Of a DNA stretch of 32,000 nt, positions 1 through 8,451 are shown one piece after another. How positions within the stretch are numbered: the first letter of the stretch is position 1; each line of letters begins with the position of its first letter. The position numbers and the translations under genes are program-made. Source of the DNA: an uncultured Nitrososphaerota archaeon (GTDB lineage: Archaea; Korarchaeota; Korarchaeia; Korarchaeales; Korarchaeaceae); NCBI GenBank assembly GCA_964480775.1, contig CAYZRF010000003.1, positions 30,001-62,000 on the forward strand, in the 5' to 3' direction. The notes beneath the pieces are model-generated. The model had not been told where the DNA came from, did not search any database, and saw only the letters and a program-made list of their open reading frames with translations.

Positions 1-651
1 CTCTCCTCTCCTTAGAGTGGTTGGGGCATCATCCCATCTCGAGTCCAGTTTATAGCTGAGTCTCTCTATAACATAATCATGAAGACGCACTACAATGTTA
101 TATGCACTTTTTGTGTCTCCAATAGCTTCATCAATACAAGAAATGACTATAGGATCTTGAATTTTGTACATTTCTTCGTCTCTAGTGTAGAGCACTCTTA
201 TTTGTTCTGGAATTTCACTTAAAGACCCAATTTTTTCGGGATCTACGCTGTACTCGATTGAAACAAGCCTTGCTACGCAAGACATACTTATCTCTTGGAT
301 CTCACCCTCTTTCATAGAGGAAATTTTGAACATTGCAATGCTTTGATTCCACTCATCCTGTAGTATTTCATCTGGATCTCTACTAAAACTTAGAGAAATC
401 ACTTTCTGATTGTCTGCATCGAATGGTATCGGGAAATATACATCAAATGCTTCAGATATGTCTCTATCGCTGAAAATGTAAATGAACAAGGTAATGTTAA
501 CATATCTAGTGTTGTTATTCATAGTTTGCACGTTTTTGTTAAAGGATTGCAGGTAAGAGCCTATCAAAATTAGAATGATAACAATAGCAAAGCTTACAGA
601 AATCGCTGATTTTTTGCCCTCGATAATCTTTAGCATCCTTGATGTAATCAT
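1..651 (-). CDS. Transglutaminase-like protein with N-terminal membrane anchor (partial; C-terminal part lies beyond the window start)
   Basis: Absent from the ORF track because no stop lies inside the window. Own reading: minus-strand ATG at 651-649, frame open to base 1 (217 codons; no tta/cta/tca triplets in plus frame 1). Translation: MITSRMLKIIEGKKSAISVSFAIVIILILIGSYLQ...VVRLHDYVIERLSYKLDSRWDDAPTTLRRGE. A hydrophobic anchor is followed by a soluble domain that breaks off just where the G-x-C catalytic motif of transglutaminase-like cores would follow. The product call is tentative. Confidence 0.5.
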   Translation of the reverse strand, partial: MITSRMLKIIEGKKSAISVSFAIVIILILIGSYLQSFNKNVQTMNNNTRYVNITLFIYIFSDRDISEAFDVYFPIPFDADNQKVISLSFSRDPDEILQDEWNQSIAMFKISSMKEGEIQEISMSCVARLVSIEYSVDPEKIGSLSEIPEQIRVLYTRDEEMYKIQDPIVISCIDEAIGDTKSAYNIVVRLHDYVIERLSYKLDSRWDDAPTTLRRGE

Positions 652-731
652 GGCTTTATCCTTAATACATTTAACACATCCTAATCATTCCTATTTTATT
701 TATTATTACAAGAAGAGCTTGAAGGTTTGAA

Positions 732-1277
732 ATGTCGTTCCGATACGATGATGTGGTTATAGAGGTTCTTGATGGAGACATTACTGAGATGATGGTTGAT
801 GCCATCGTAAATCCAGCAAACTCTTACCTATTAATGGGGGGTGGTGTTGCTGGAGCTATTAAGAGAAAAGGGGGTGTAGAGATAGAAAAAGAAGCTAGAA
901 AAATGGCTCCAATAGAGATAGGTCAAGCAATTGTGACACCCGCTGGAAATCTCCCTACTAAATGGATCATACATGCTCCCACGGTTAAACGCCCCGCGGG
1001 AAAAGCATCTTTAGAATCTGTTTCTCTAGCTACAAGAGCAGCCCTAAGAATTGCGGAAAGAATTGGTGCTCGGTCTTTAGCCTTTCCTATAATGGGAACG
1101 GGGGTCGGTGGGCTTTCTATTGCGAAAGCTGCAAAAACCATGCTCAATGAGATAACATCACACATAAACCATGGGACAAACCTTAGAAAAATTGTATTGG
1201 TCGCATGGGGAGAAAAAGCATTTGCAGATCTCTTTTCTGTAGCAAAAGGATTGCTAAAATCTTACGCCACGAAATGA
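732..1277 (+). CDS. Macro domain protein (ADP-ribose binding / O-acetyl-ADP-ribose deacetylase type, Af1521/YmdB-like)
   Basis: 181 aa. DGDITEMMVDAIVNPANSYLLMGGGVAGAI, IHAPT and GTGVGG segments match the macro-domain fold signature. Confidence 0.85.
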   Translation: MSFRYDDVVIEVLDGDITEMMVDAIVNPANSYLLMGGGVAGAIKRKGGVEIEKEARKMAPIEIGQAIVTPAGNLPTKWIIHAPTVKRPAGKASLESVSLATRAALRIAERIGARSLAFPIMGTGVGGLSIAKAAKTMLNEITSHINHGTNLRKIVLVAWGEKAFADLFSVAKGLLKSYATK

Positions 1278-1366
1278 CCTCTTAGGCGTAGAATACTAAT
1301 TCCCTCTAGGACTAAAGATAGCAAACCTCAAAAATCCTTAGTACATAGGGTTCAAATTAGTTTTGC

Positions 1367-2479
1367 TCAGCCAATCCTCTCCTTTCTAACTATCACCTTC
1401 TCTAACATGTCTTCTTTAACTTCAACTCCTATTCCGGGCGCGCTAGGAACACTTATTGTTCCATCAGGGTTTAGCCTCCACTCAGGTTCCACAATGTCCT
1501 CTTTGAAGTATCTAGAACTTGCAGATATATCGTTGGGGAATTTAACTCCAGGAAGTGAAGCCATAGCTACCAAGAAACCTCTTCCTATCCCGGTCTCAAG
1601 CATTCCTCCAATCCATATGGGGATTCCCAAACTCAAACATAGATCGTGAATTTCCAATCCCTTAGTAATGCCACCAACTCTTGAGGGCTTCAGATTTACT
1701 ATTTCACAGCTTCCTAGAAGATAAGCAGCCTTCACATCAAAAATAGTTTTGATACTTTCATCTAAGCAAATTGGAGTAGAGATCTTTCTAGCGAGCTGAG
1801 AGTGATCGGCTAAATCATCCTCATCTAGCGGCTGTTCTATCATAAGAAGGTCAAATTGATCAAGCTTTCTGAGAGAAGAATAATCATCAAGTGTATAAGC
1901 AGCGTTTGCATCTACTTGGAGGAGGATATCTGGATACTCTCTTCTAACCTTTTTTAGCACCTCTACATCCCATCCTGGCTTTATTTTCAGCTTAACCCTT
2001 TTATATCCTTCTCCTAACCTTATTTCGATTGTTTTCAACAATTCATCCAAATTCTTCTTGATTCCTATGCTTATTCCTGAGTGAATCCTGTTTCTAACCC
2101 CACCTAACATGGTGGAAAGACTTTTTCCTTCAAGTTTTGCCCTGAGATCCCACAGAGCCTTGTCTACCCCTGCTTTCGCTATGTTATGCCCCCTAACTCT
2201 CTTTCCTATGCCTTTCCATAGGTCTTTTGGCCCCTCGATTTCGGATCCCACTAATTCAGGGGCAACGAAGTCTTTTAGGATGTGCCAAGCAGTTTGGCTC
2301 GTTTCATAGCTATACCAAGGACCCTCCATTACAGGAGACTCTCCCCAGCCCACTTCTCCACGTTTTTCTTCGATTCTAACTATTACTGTTTCTCTAAAGG
2401 TCTCGACACCAAAACTAGTCTCAAATGGACTTACCAGTTTCATTCTTACGAGATACAAATCTATGTTTCTTATCTCCAA
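1367..2479 (-). CDS. Enolase-superfamily enzyme, o-succinylbenzoate synthase / N-acylamino acid racemase (OSBS/NSAR) subgroup
   Basis: 370 aa. MLE-subgroup motifs are present: RVKLKIKPGWD (KxK), DANAAY, IEQPL, CLDES, NLKPSRVGG. The start overlaps the stop of the upstream GNAT gene by 10 nt. Confidence 0.85.
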   Translation of the reverse strand: MEIRNIDLYLVRMKLVSPFETSFGVETFRETVIVRIEEKRGEVGWGESPVMEGPWYSYETSQTAWHILKDFVAPELVGSEIEGPKDLWKGIGKRVRGHNIAKAGVDKALWDLRAKLEGKSLSTMLGGVRNRIHSGISIGIKKNLDELLKTIEIRLGEGYKRVKLKIKPGWDVEVLKKVRREYPDILLQVDANAAYTLDDYSSLRKLDQFDLLMIEQPLDEDDLADHSQLARKISTPICLDESIKTIFDVKAAYLLGSCEIVNLKPSRVGGITKGLEIHDLCLSLGIPIWIGGMLETGIGRGFLVAMASLPGVKFPNDISASSRYFKEDIVEPEWRLNPDGTISVPSAPGIGVEVKEDMLEKVIVRKERIG

Positions 2480-3408
2480 TTTAGAACATCTCCTAAAAGT
2501 TTATCCTCTAAAATATCCTTAAGATCAGCCTTCAAAAGAACATGGAAGCATCTCCTTTCTTCTGGAGACCTAACGAGCTCAACGGCCCAGTAACCGCTAG
2601 AGAAGTAATGTTGAACAGCAGAAGCGAATGCATCTCTCCAACTCCTTACGAGATCTAGGCCCCCTTCTTCCCTAGTTTTTCCTATGTTCCATGGGATTTC
2701 CAGGAGAACTAAACCAGAATCTGGTAATTCGTTGCTCGGAATTGGCTCTCTGAGTGGTTCTTCTCCCTTTGTATCATAGGCGAACTCTGCACCCCTCTCC
2801 AGCAAGTCCTTTAGAGAGATCCTAGGCAAACTTCCTTCAATCCTCTTCAAAACCCTCTTACTAGTCAAATACCACTGTACCTTGTATCTGTCGCTTCTCA
2901 TTCCCCAGTTTATTTTATCTCTTATAACTCCGTAGTAGTTCCACAGGAAAGTGTTGCAGATTACACCAAGCTTTGACAGGTTAAAGTACGAGTTTAGCCC
3001 TTGGAGCGGATCAAAAGTCCACTCAACAAGGTCAATACCTCTCATGAGAGCCGCCTTTCTCTGGGCTAACTTCAGCCTGTATCCTATGCCCAATCCCTGA
3101 AACTCTCTTATAACGCCAGTAATGTGGGACAGAACGAACTTTTTTCCATCTTTCTCTCCCAACAAGGAGACAACGCAACCTATGATCCTGCCTGTATCTT
3201 TGTCGAAGGCTCCTAATACTACACCGCCAGCATTTTGAATTCCTCTTATCATATGTCCTGGGATCACTTCAATAGGATCCATGCCCCAAGCTCTTATTTG
3301 GGCCTCTTCAAAAGCTTCAATCTCATCCCAATTTCTTGGCTCCCTGATTTCTATCTTCCAACGTTTGCCTGCCTTGTTTTTTACTTCCATTACCTCGAGG
3401 ACTTCCAT
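2470..3408 (-). CDS. GNAT-family acyltransferase with C-terminal extension
   Basis: 312 aa. Acyl-CoA-binding GNAT core (IREFQGLGIGYRLKLAQRKAA) followed by about 150 aa more. Translationally coupled to the OSBS/NSAR gene. A TATA-like AATAAAATAAAA (minus strand, 3432-3445) lies 24 nt upstream of the ATG. Confidence 0.65.
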   Translation of the reverse strand: MEVLEVMEVKNKAGKRWKIEIREPRNWDEIEAFEEAQIRAWGMDPIEVIPGHMIRGIQNAGGVVLGAFDKDTGRIIGCVVSLLGEKDGKKFVLSHITGVIREFQGLGIGYRLKLAQRKAALMRGIDLVEWTFDPLQGLNSYFNLSKLGVICNTFLWNYYGVIRDKINWGMRSDRYKVQWYLTSKRVLKRIEGSLPRISLKDLLERGAEFAYDTKGEEPLREPIPSNELPDSGLVLLEIPWNIGKTREEGGLDLVRSWRDAFASAVQHYFSSGYWAVELVRSPEERRCFHVLLKADLKDILEDKLLGDVLNWR

Positions 3409-3466
3409 ATCTAAGCAACTTACATGCTTAGCTTTTATTTTATTCTATTGATACTAAACGAAAGAG

Positions 3467-4675
3467 TTAGAGACCCTTCTTCTTTTCCGGTCCTCTAAGC
3501 TCTTTTAAGATCCTTATAATCTCTGGTACTATCTCGTAGAGATCTCCTACTATTCCATATCTCGCGTAATCGAATATTCTGGCGCTAGGATCCTTGTTTA
3601 TTGCTATAATAACTTCAGAGTTCTTCATACCAGCAAGATGCTGAACACTCCCGGATATGCCGCAGGCTATGTATAACTTAGGTCTAACGGTTTTTCCACT
3701 CAACCCAACCTGTCTACTTTTTGGAATCCATCCTTTATCAACAACATTTCTGCTCGCTCCTACTACTCCTCCAAGTAGGTTGGCCAGCTCTTCGAGGAGT
3801 TTAAAGTCTTCTGGAGCTCTTAAGCCACCTCCGCCTGCAACTATAATTTCTGCATCCTCGATGCTTTGTCCCCCTTCTATGATTTCTTTCAACACCTTTG
3901 TCCTATCTCTCAAGTTTGAGGGGATTTCCTTTTCTATAACTACTCCCTCTCTATTTAGATCCTCTTCCGCTTCTTTCATCACCTTATATCTTACCGTAGC
4001 CATTTGAGGTCTTCTCTCTTTGCACACAATGGTAGCCATTATGTTTCCTCCATAAGCTGGCCTTATTTGGATCAAATTTCCTTCTTCGTCGACATCTAGA
4101 CCAGTACAGTCAGCCGTCAGCCCAGTTTTGAGCCTTGCCGCGATTACTGGAGCTAAAGCCCTTCCAAAGCTTGTTCCGCCTATAAGCAAGATGCCTGGCA
4201 TCTCTTCCTTTACAGCGTCCTCAATAACATCTGCGTAAGGATCTTCTCTTAAAGTTGAAAGCCTCTCATCATCATATACCAGAACTCTATCTGCTCCTCT
4301 TCTTATAAGACTCTGGGCGTTTTTCTTCACTCCGCTCCCAATCAGAACACACGTTAGTTCCTCTCCCAGCTTATCAGCAAGCATTCTTCCTATTCCTAAT
4401 AGTTCATACGTAATTCGGTGAATTTTCCCACGTCTCTGTTCAGCAATAACCATTACACCTTTGTACTTGGACTTTTCCTCACTCTTCTTCCTAACTTCTG
4501 ATAACTCCAAGGCTCCTTCAGCACAGGCAGAGATGCATACCCCGCAAAGTTGGCAACAACTCTCTTCAATTACGGCTTTCCCCTCGACGATGGTTATACA
4601 ACCGTAGGGACAAGCACTAACACAAGCACCGCATCCCACGCATTTCTCTCTGATGACTCTTATTGATCCAACCAT
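3467..4675 (-). CDS. etfA: Electron transfer flavoprotein alpha subunit (FixB-like) with N-terminal 2x[4Fe-4S] ferredoxin domain
   Basis: 402 aa. Two CxxCxxCxxxC motifs (CVGCGACVSACP, CQLCGVCISAC; 4520-4642) are fused to an ETF-alpha core with a C-terminal FAD-binding segment (GASRNVVDKGW...CGISGSVQHLAGM). Starts 4 nt after the etfB stop. Confidence 0.85.
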   Translation of the reverse strand: MVGSIRVIREKCVGCGACVSACPYGCITIVEGKAVIEESCCQLCGVCISACAEGALELSEVRKKSEEKSKYKGVMVIAEQRRGKIHRITYELLGIGRMLADKLGEELTCVLIGSGVKKNAQSLIRRGADRVLVYDDERLSTLREDPYADVIEDAVKEEMPGILLIGGTSFGRALAPVIAARLKTGLTADCTGLDVDEEGNLIQIRPAYGGNIMATIVCKERRPQMATVRYKVMKEAEEDLNREGVVIEKEIPSNLRDRTKVLKEIIEGGQSIEDAEIIVAGGGGLRAPEDFKLLEELANLLGGVVGASRNVVDKGWIPKSRQVGLSGKTVRPKLYIACGISGSVQHLAGMKNSEVIIAINKDPSARIFDYARYGIVGDLYEIVPEIIRILKELRGPEKKKGL

Positions 4676-4679
4676 ACCA

Positions 4680-5483
4680 TCACCTCACGAACCCTAGGTC
4701 AATCAGCTTCTCGACAAGCTTCTTGGCCAGTTCCTTTGGGTCTCCCTCAAGAATTTCTCCTTTAGATGGCTCTGGAGGAGTTTCTACTTTTATTACTCTC
4801 GTTGGAGAGCCTTCTAGTCCAAATCTACTTTTTTCGCAAACATCTGATAGATCATCTGCGGTCCAGACCTTTATTTCCGATTTTTTCGCTCGAAGCTTGT
4901 CTTTAAGTGATGGAAGTCTAGGTTCGTTTATGTCCTTGGTTACCGTCAGGAGGCACGGGATTGGAACCTCAACCACCTGGAAACCCTCTTCTATCTCCCT
5001 GTGAACTATTAGGTGGTCATTTTCAACCTTTTCTATCTTTCTGACATAGGGTACAAATGGAACCCCAAGGTTCTCAGAGAGTTCCGGGCCTACTTGTGCC
5101 GTGTCTCCATCAGTGGTCTTTTCACCACAGAATATGAGGTCAAACTCGTCGATCTTCTTGATAGCGCACGCCAGAGTGTAAGATGTGGCTAGGGTGTCTG
5201 CTCCAGCCAAGGCTCTATCACACAGGAGTATAGCTTCATCTGCTCCAATAGCTATAGCTTCTCTAAGCGTAGATTCAGCTTGTGGAGGACCCATGCTAAG
5301 AGCTATGACTTTACCTCCAAATTTTTCTTTGAATCTCACAGCTTCTTCGAGTGCATTCAGATCGAAAGGATTTGTCTCCACTTCAATTCCTTCTCTTATC
5401 AGAGTTCCTCTTTCTGGATCTATCTTTACCTCTTGAGTGGCTGGAACTTGTTTTAGACAAACTATAATCTTAAATCCCGCCAT
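4680..5483 (-). CDS. etfB: Electron transfer flavoprotein beta subunit (FixA-like), bifurcating-type signature
   Basis: 267 aa. ETF-beta N-terminus (KIIVCLKQVP). Contains DGDTAQVGP (residues 125-133, nt 5085-5111). Confidence 0.88.
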   Translation of the reverse strand: MAGFKIIVCLKQVPATQEVKIDPERGTLIREGIEVETNPFDLNALEEAVRFKEKFGGKVIALSMGPPQAESTLREAIAIGADEAILLCDRALAGADTLATSYTLACAIKKIDEFDLIFCGEKTTDGDTAQVGPELSENLGVPFVPYVRKIEKVENDHLIVHREIEEGFQVVEVPIPCLLTVTKDINEPRLPSLKDKLRAKKSEIKVWTADDLSDVCEKSRFGLEGSPTRVIKVETPPEPSKGEILEGDPKELAKKLVEKLIDLGFVR

Positions 5484-5665
5484 TATACCACCTTGTGTCC
5501 TATTGGAATAGCCGGTACCTCACCAGTTCCAATCAGTGCTTCCTTTTTTAGGATGTATAAAATAATCCATAACACTCCAACTTTAACCCTCAATTATTCA
5601 ATAGGTTCTTCTTGGTTCGAAATAAAGTAAAAAATAAAAGCCCATTATTTAGTGAGTGAGCTATC

Positions 5666-7063
5666 ATGGATCAAAAGGTAATAGAGGGTTTGAAGTCCAT
5701 CATCGGGCCAGATTACGTGATAAGCGATCCAGAGGGGGTTAAGCCATATTTACTCGATGAAACGTCGAAGAACATATGTCCTGAACCATTTGCTGATGTG
5801 GTTGTTGTAAAGCCAAAGAGCACAGAGGAAGTTTCGAAAATCATGGAGTTTGCCTACAACAATGAAATTCCGGTTGTGCCAAGGGGGGGAGGAACAGGTC
5901 TGGCAGGGGGCGTTGTGCCGATAAAACAATCGATAATTCTCTCTTTGGAACGGATCAAAGAGAAGATTGAGCTTGATAAGGATAACCTCACAATGACCTG
6001 TGATGCAGGCGTTACTTTAGGGGAGATAATAGAATACCTTGAGAAGAACGTCAAAGATCTTTGGTTCCCACTCCACCCTGGGGATGAGGGGGCTACAATA
6101 GGCGGTCTAGCAGCTTGCAATGCAGGAGGGGCTAGGGCCGTGAAATACGGGGTAATGAGGAACTACATAGCTGGGATGACTGTGGTGCTTCCAACTGGAG
6201 AAGTACTTAAACTCGGTGGGAAAATGGTGAAAAACGTTACAGGATACAATTTGATGCACCTTCTGATAGGTAGCGAAGGTACGTTGGGCATAATTACTGA
6301 GGTGACTTTTAGGCTTAGACCAAAGCCTTGGGGGACCTATACTTTGGTAGTACCTTACGAGGATCCAAATAAGGCCATTGAAACAGTTCCTCCAATATTA
6401 AGAAGCGGTGTTATCCCGCTAGCCATAGAGTACATAGAAAAGGAAGGGATAGAAGCTGGAGAGAAAGCTACTGGTGAGAAGTGGCCTGTGAGAGAGGGAC
6501 AGGCTTTCCTAATGATTGTGCTTGAGGGTATGAGTGAGGAGGAGCTATTGAGCATGAGCGAAAGAGTCGGAGAGATATGTCAGGAATACGGCGCAACCGA
6601 CATATTCCTAGCAGATACGAAGAGACAGCAGGAGAAAATACTGAAAGTAAGGAGCCTTATCTACGAAGGATTGAAGGATGAAACCGTAGAGATACTAGAT
6701 GTAGGTGTGCCCATTGCTAACATAGCAAAGTTTGTCAACGAAAGCAGGAAGATTGGAGAAAAGTACGGCATGAAGATCATACAATATGGTCATGCTGGAG
6801 ATGGAAACGTTCACCAACACCCATTAAAGACAGGTTTCGATGAAGAGGAATGGAGGAAGTTTTATCCTAGTCTCAAAAAAGAGATATTTGCTCTGGCTAG
6901 GAGACTTGGCGGTGCTCTAACAGCAGAACACGGAATAGGTCTAATAAAAAGAGAAGATATGCTCTCTTATTTGAGCAAAGAGGAAATCAGGCTTATGAAA
7001 GGTATCAAATCATTGTTTGATCCCAAAAACATACTTAACCCAGGAAAGGTCGTAATCCTGTAG
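5666..7063 (+). CDS. FAD-linked oxidoreductase, GlcD / D-lactate (2-hydroxyacid) dehydrogenase family
   Basis: 465 aa. PCMH-type FAD-binding domain (VVPRGGGTGLAGG) plus a C-terminal FAD-oxidase domain (HAGDGNVH, AEHGIG, NPGK). Confidence 0.85.
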   Translation: MDQKVIEGLKSIIGPDYVISDPEGVKPYLLDETSKNICPEPFADVVVVKPKSTEEVSKIMEFAYNNEIPVVPRGGGTGLAGGVVPIKQSIILSLERIKEKIELDKDNLTMTCDAGVTLGEIIEYLEKNVKDLWFPLHPGDEGATIGGLAACNAGGARAVKYGVMRNYIAGMTVVLPTGEVLKLGGKMVKNVTGYNLMHLLIGSEGTLGIITEVTFRLRPKPWGTYTLVVPYEDPNKAIETVPPILRSGVIPLAIEYIEKEGIEAGEKATGEKWPVREGQAFLMIVLEGMSEEELLSMSERVGEICQEYGATDIFLADTKRQQEKILKVRSLIYEGLKDETVEILDVGVPIANIAKFVNESRKIGEKYGMKIIQYGHAGDGNVHQHPLKTGFDEEEWRKFYPSLKKEIFALARRLGGALTAEHGIGLIKREDMLSYLSKEEIRLMKGIKSLFDPKNILNPGKVVIL

Positions 7064-7172
7064 TTGATTATAGAAACAAGACCTTATAAGAACTAATTCC
7101 CCTAGAGGTTGTAAAGATCAAAAGATGAACGTATGTCTTGTCAATTTTGAAGTCACACTTGATAAAAATCAC

Positions 7173-7793
7173 TTATCTTCTCTTATCTGGGCTGTATGCA
7201 ATGATATCAACAGATATATCTCCTTTTTCTGGTTGTTTTAGCAAGACTTTGAGTCTCTTGCTCCCAAATAGTGATCTTGCCCACTCGGTTGCCTTCTCAA
7301 CATATTCCTTTTTCGAAACGTAAACTGTTGCAGACATGAAATCCCTGTCTTCGACCCCGTAATCCTCTTTTACAGCCCCGATGGATCTTTCTATGTCTTC
7401 TATCTCCTCTTCTATTGTTCCAGAGATCCTAGGAGCGATTTTTAGAAAGATATACTCTCCTACTTTACTAACAGACATTCTTACATCGTTATACTCTCTT
7501 AAAGACCTCATTTCAAGTTGTCTAGCATTTCTAAGTAGTTCTCTAACTTTTCTTCTCCCTAAAAGCATTCCAATTAACTCGCCAGCAGTGACGGAAACAA
7601 ACGTAACTATGATCCATTTTGGAAGGAACATAACAAACCACTCAAGCGTTTGTTCAAAGTTGGTGGGTCTCAACAAGAAAGACCAGAAGTTTAGGACGAA
7701 CACAGGCACCCAATACGCTATAGTGGTGATTGTGAAGAGTATCTCTACTGCTCGGCCCCGATACCTGTTCTCTATCCTTTCTTCGTCTATCAA
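7173..7793 (-). CDS. Hypothetical membrane protein (2 TM helices plus a ~125-aa charged cytoplasmic domain)
   Basis: 206 aa. Hydrophobic helices ILFTITTIAYWVPVFVLNFWSFLL and WIIVTFVSVTAGELIGMLLG. No recognisable catalytic motif. The coding call rests on ORF length, composition and placement. Confidence 0.55.
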   Translation of the reverse strand: MIDEERIENRYRGRAVEILFTITTIAYWVPVFVLNFWSFLLRPTNFEQTLEWFVMFLPKWIIVTFVSVTAGELIGMLLGRRKVRELLRNARQLEMRSLREYNDVRMSVSKVGEYIFLKIAPRISGTIEEEIEDIERSIGAVKEDYGVEDRDFMSATVYVSKKEYVEKATEWARSLFGSKRLKVLLKQPEKGDISVDIIAYSPDKRR

Positions 7794-7869
7794 CGATATA
7801 TCATTCTTATAATAGATAGCTTGCTTTTATGTTATTTCCTTTAGCATGATATGAGACGGTAGAATACAA

Positions 7870-8451
7870 ATGCAGGAGATCAAAATATATGTTGCAGGTC
7901 CACACAAGGCTGGAAAAACTACTGTTATTCATTATTTGGATCCAGATGCTATTACTATAGACTATGCAGGCTCGGGAGGTTCAACTACCGTAGGATTCGA
8001 CTATGGAATCGTTTATTGGATTCCCAAAAAGAATAAGCTAATTCCTATGGAGGAGTATAGGAAGAAAAAAGGGAAATTCTCGGATCAAGATATTTGGAAA
8101 ATCGTTCTCGTTGGAACTCCTGGTCAAGAAAGGTTTGCTCCCGTAAGAGAGTCTCTCGTGAGGGGATGTTCGGCGGTTATATATGTGGTAGATAGCGCTG
8201 ACTTCGACGAGAGAGCTCTGAAGATATTTCAAGAAATAGGTACCTATTTTGATGAAGGCACCCCTTTGGTGGTTCTAGCAAATAAACAAGATCTAAAAGG
8301 CGCCCTTAAAGGGCGGGAGGTTATTAGGAGGTTAGGCGTGGACGCTCCTGTTTTTGAAACTATTGCGATAAAGGGTAAGAAAGTAAAAGAGGCACTTCTT
8401 GCCCTCTTAGAGATAGTGAAAAAATCAAGATTCACTAAGCAAAACTCATAA
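7870..8451 (+). CDS. Small Ras-superfamily GTPase, COG2229 (MglA / CvnD / SR-beta-like) type
   Basis: 193 aa. G1 GPHKAGKT (7897-7920), G3 LVGTPGQERF, G4 NKQD. Confidence 0.8.
   Translation: MQEIKIYVAGPHKAGKTTVIHYLDPDAITIDYAGSGGSTTVGFDYGIVYWIPKKNKLIPMEEYRKKKGKFSDQDIWKIVLVGTPGQERFAPVRESLVRGCSAVIYVVDSADFDERALKIFQEIGTYFDEGTPLVVLANKQDLKGALKGREVIRRLGVDAPVFETIAIKGKKVKEALLALLEIVKKSRFTKQNS

Noticed and set aside
923-1165. Antisense and out-of-frame ORFs inside well-supported genes. These are 923-1165, 1407-1649, 2109-2309, 2282-2593, 3657-4007, 4663-5004, 5185-5436, 5854-6120, 6355-6555, 7138-7323, 7381-7812, 8038-8435, 9067-9273, 10597-10839 and 11119-11310. Also 11962-12290, 13442-13651, 14233-14589, 14922-15410, 16209-16712, 16817-17020, 17120-17722, 17735-17971, 18796-19377, 20525-20728, 21481-22123, 25689-26009, 26443-26688, 26858-27094, 27968-28464, 28559-28777 and 31151-31645.
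   Set aside because: Each lies fully or mostly inside a longer ORF on the other strand or frame that has clear family motifs. Their S/P/L/T-rich, low-complexity translations are typical shadows of K/E/G-rich genes.
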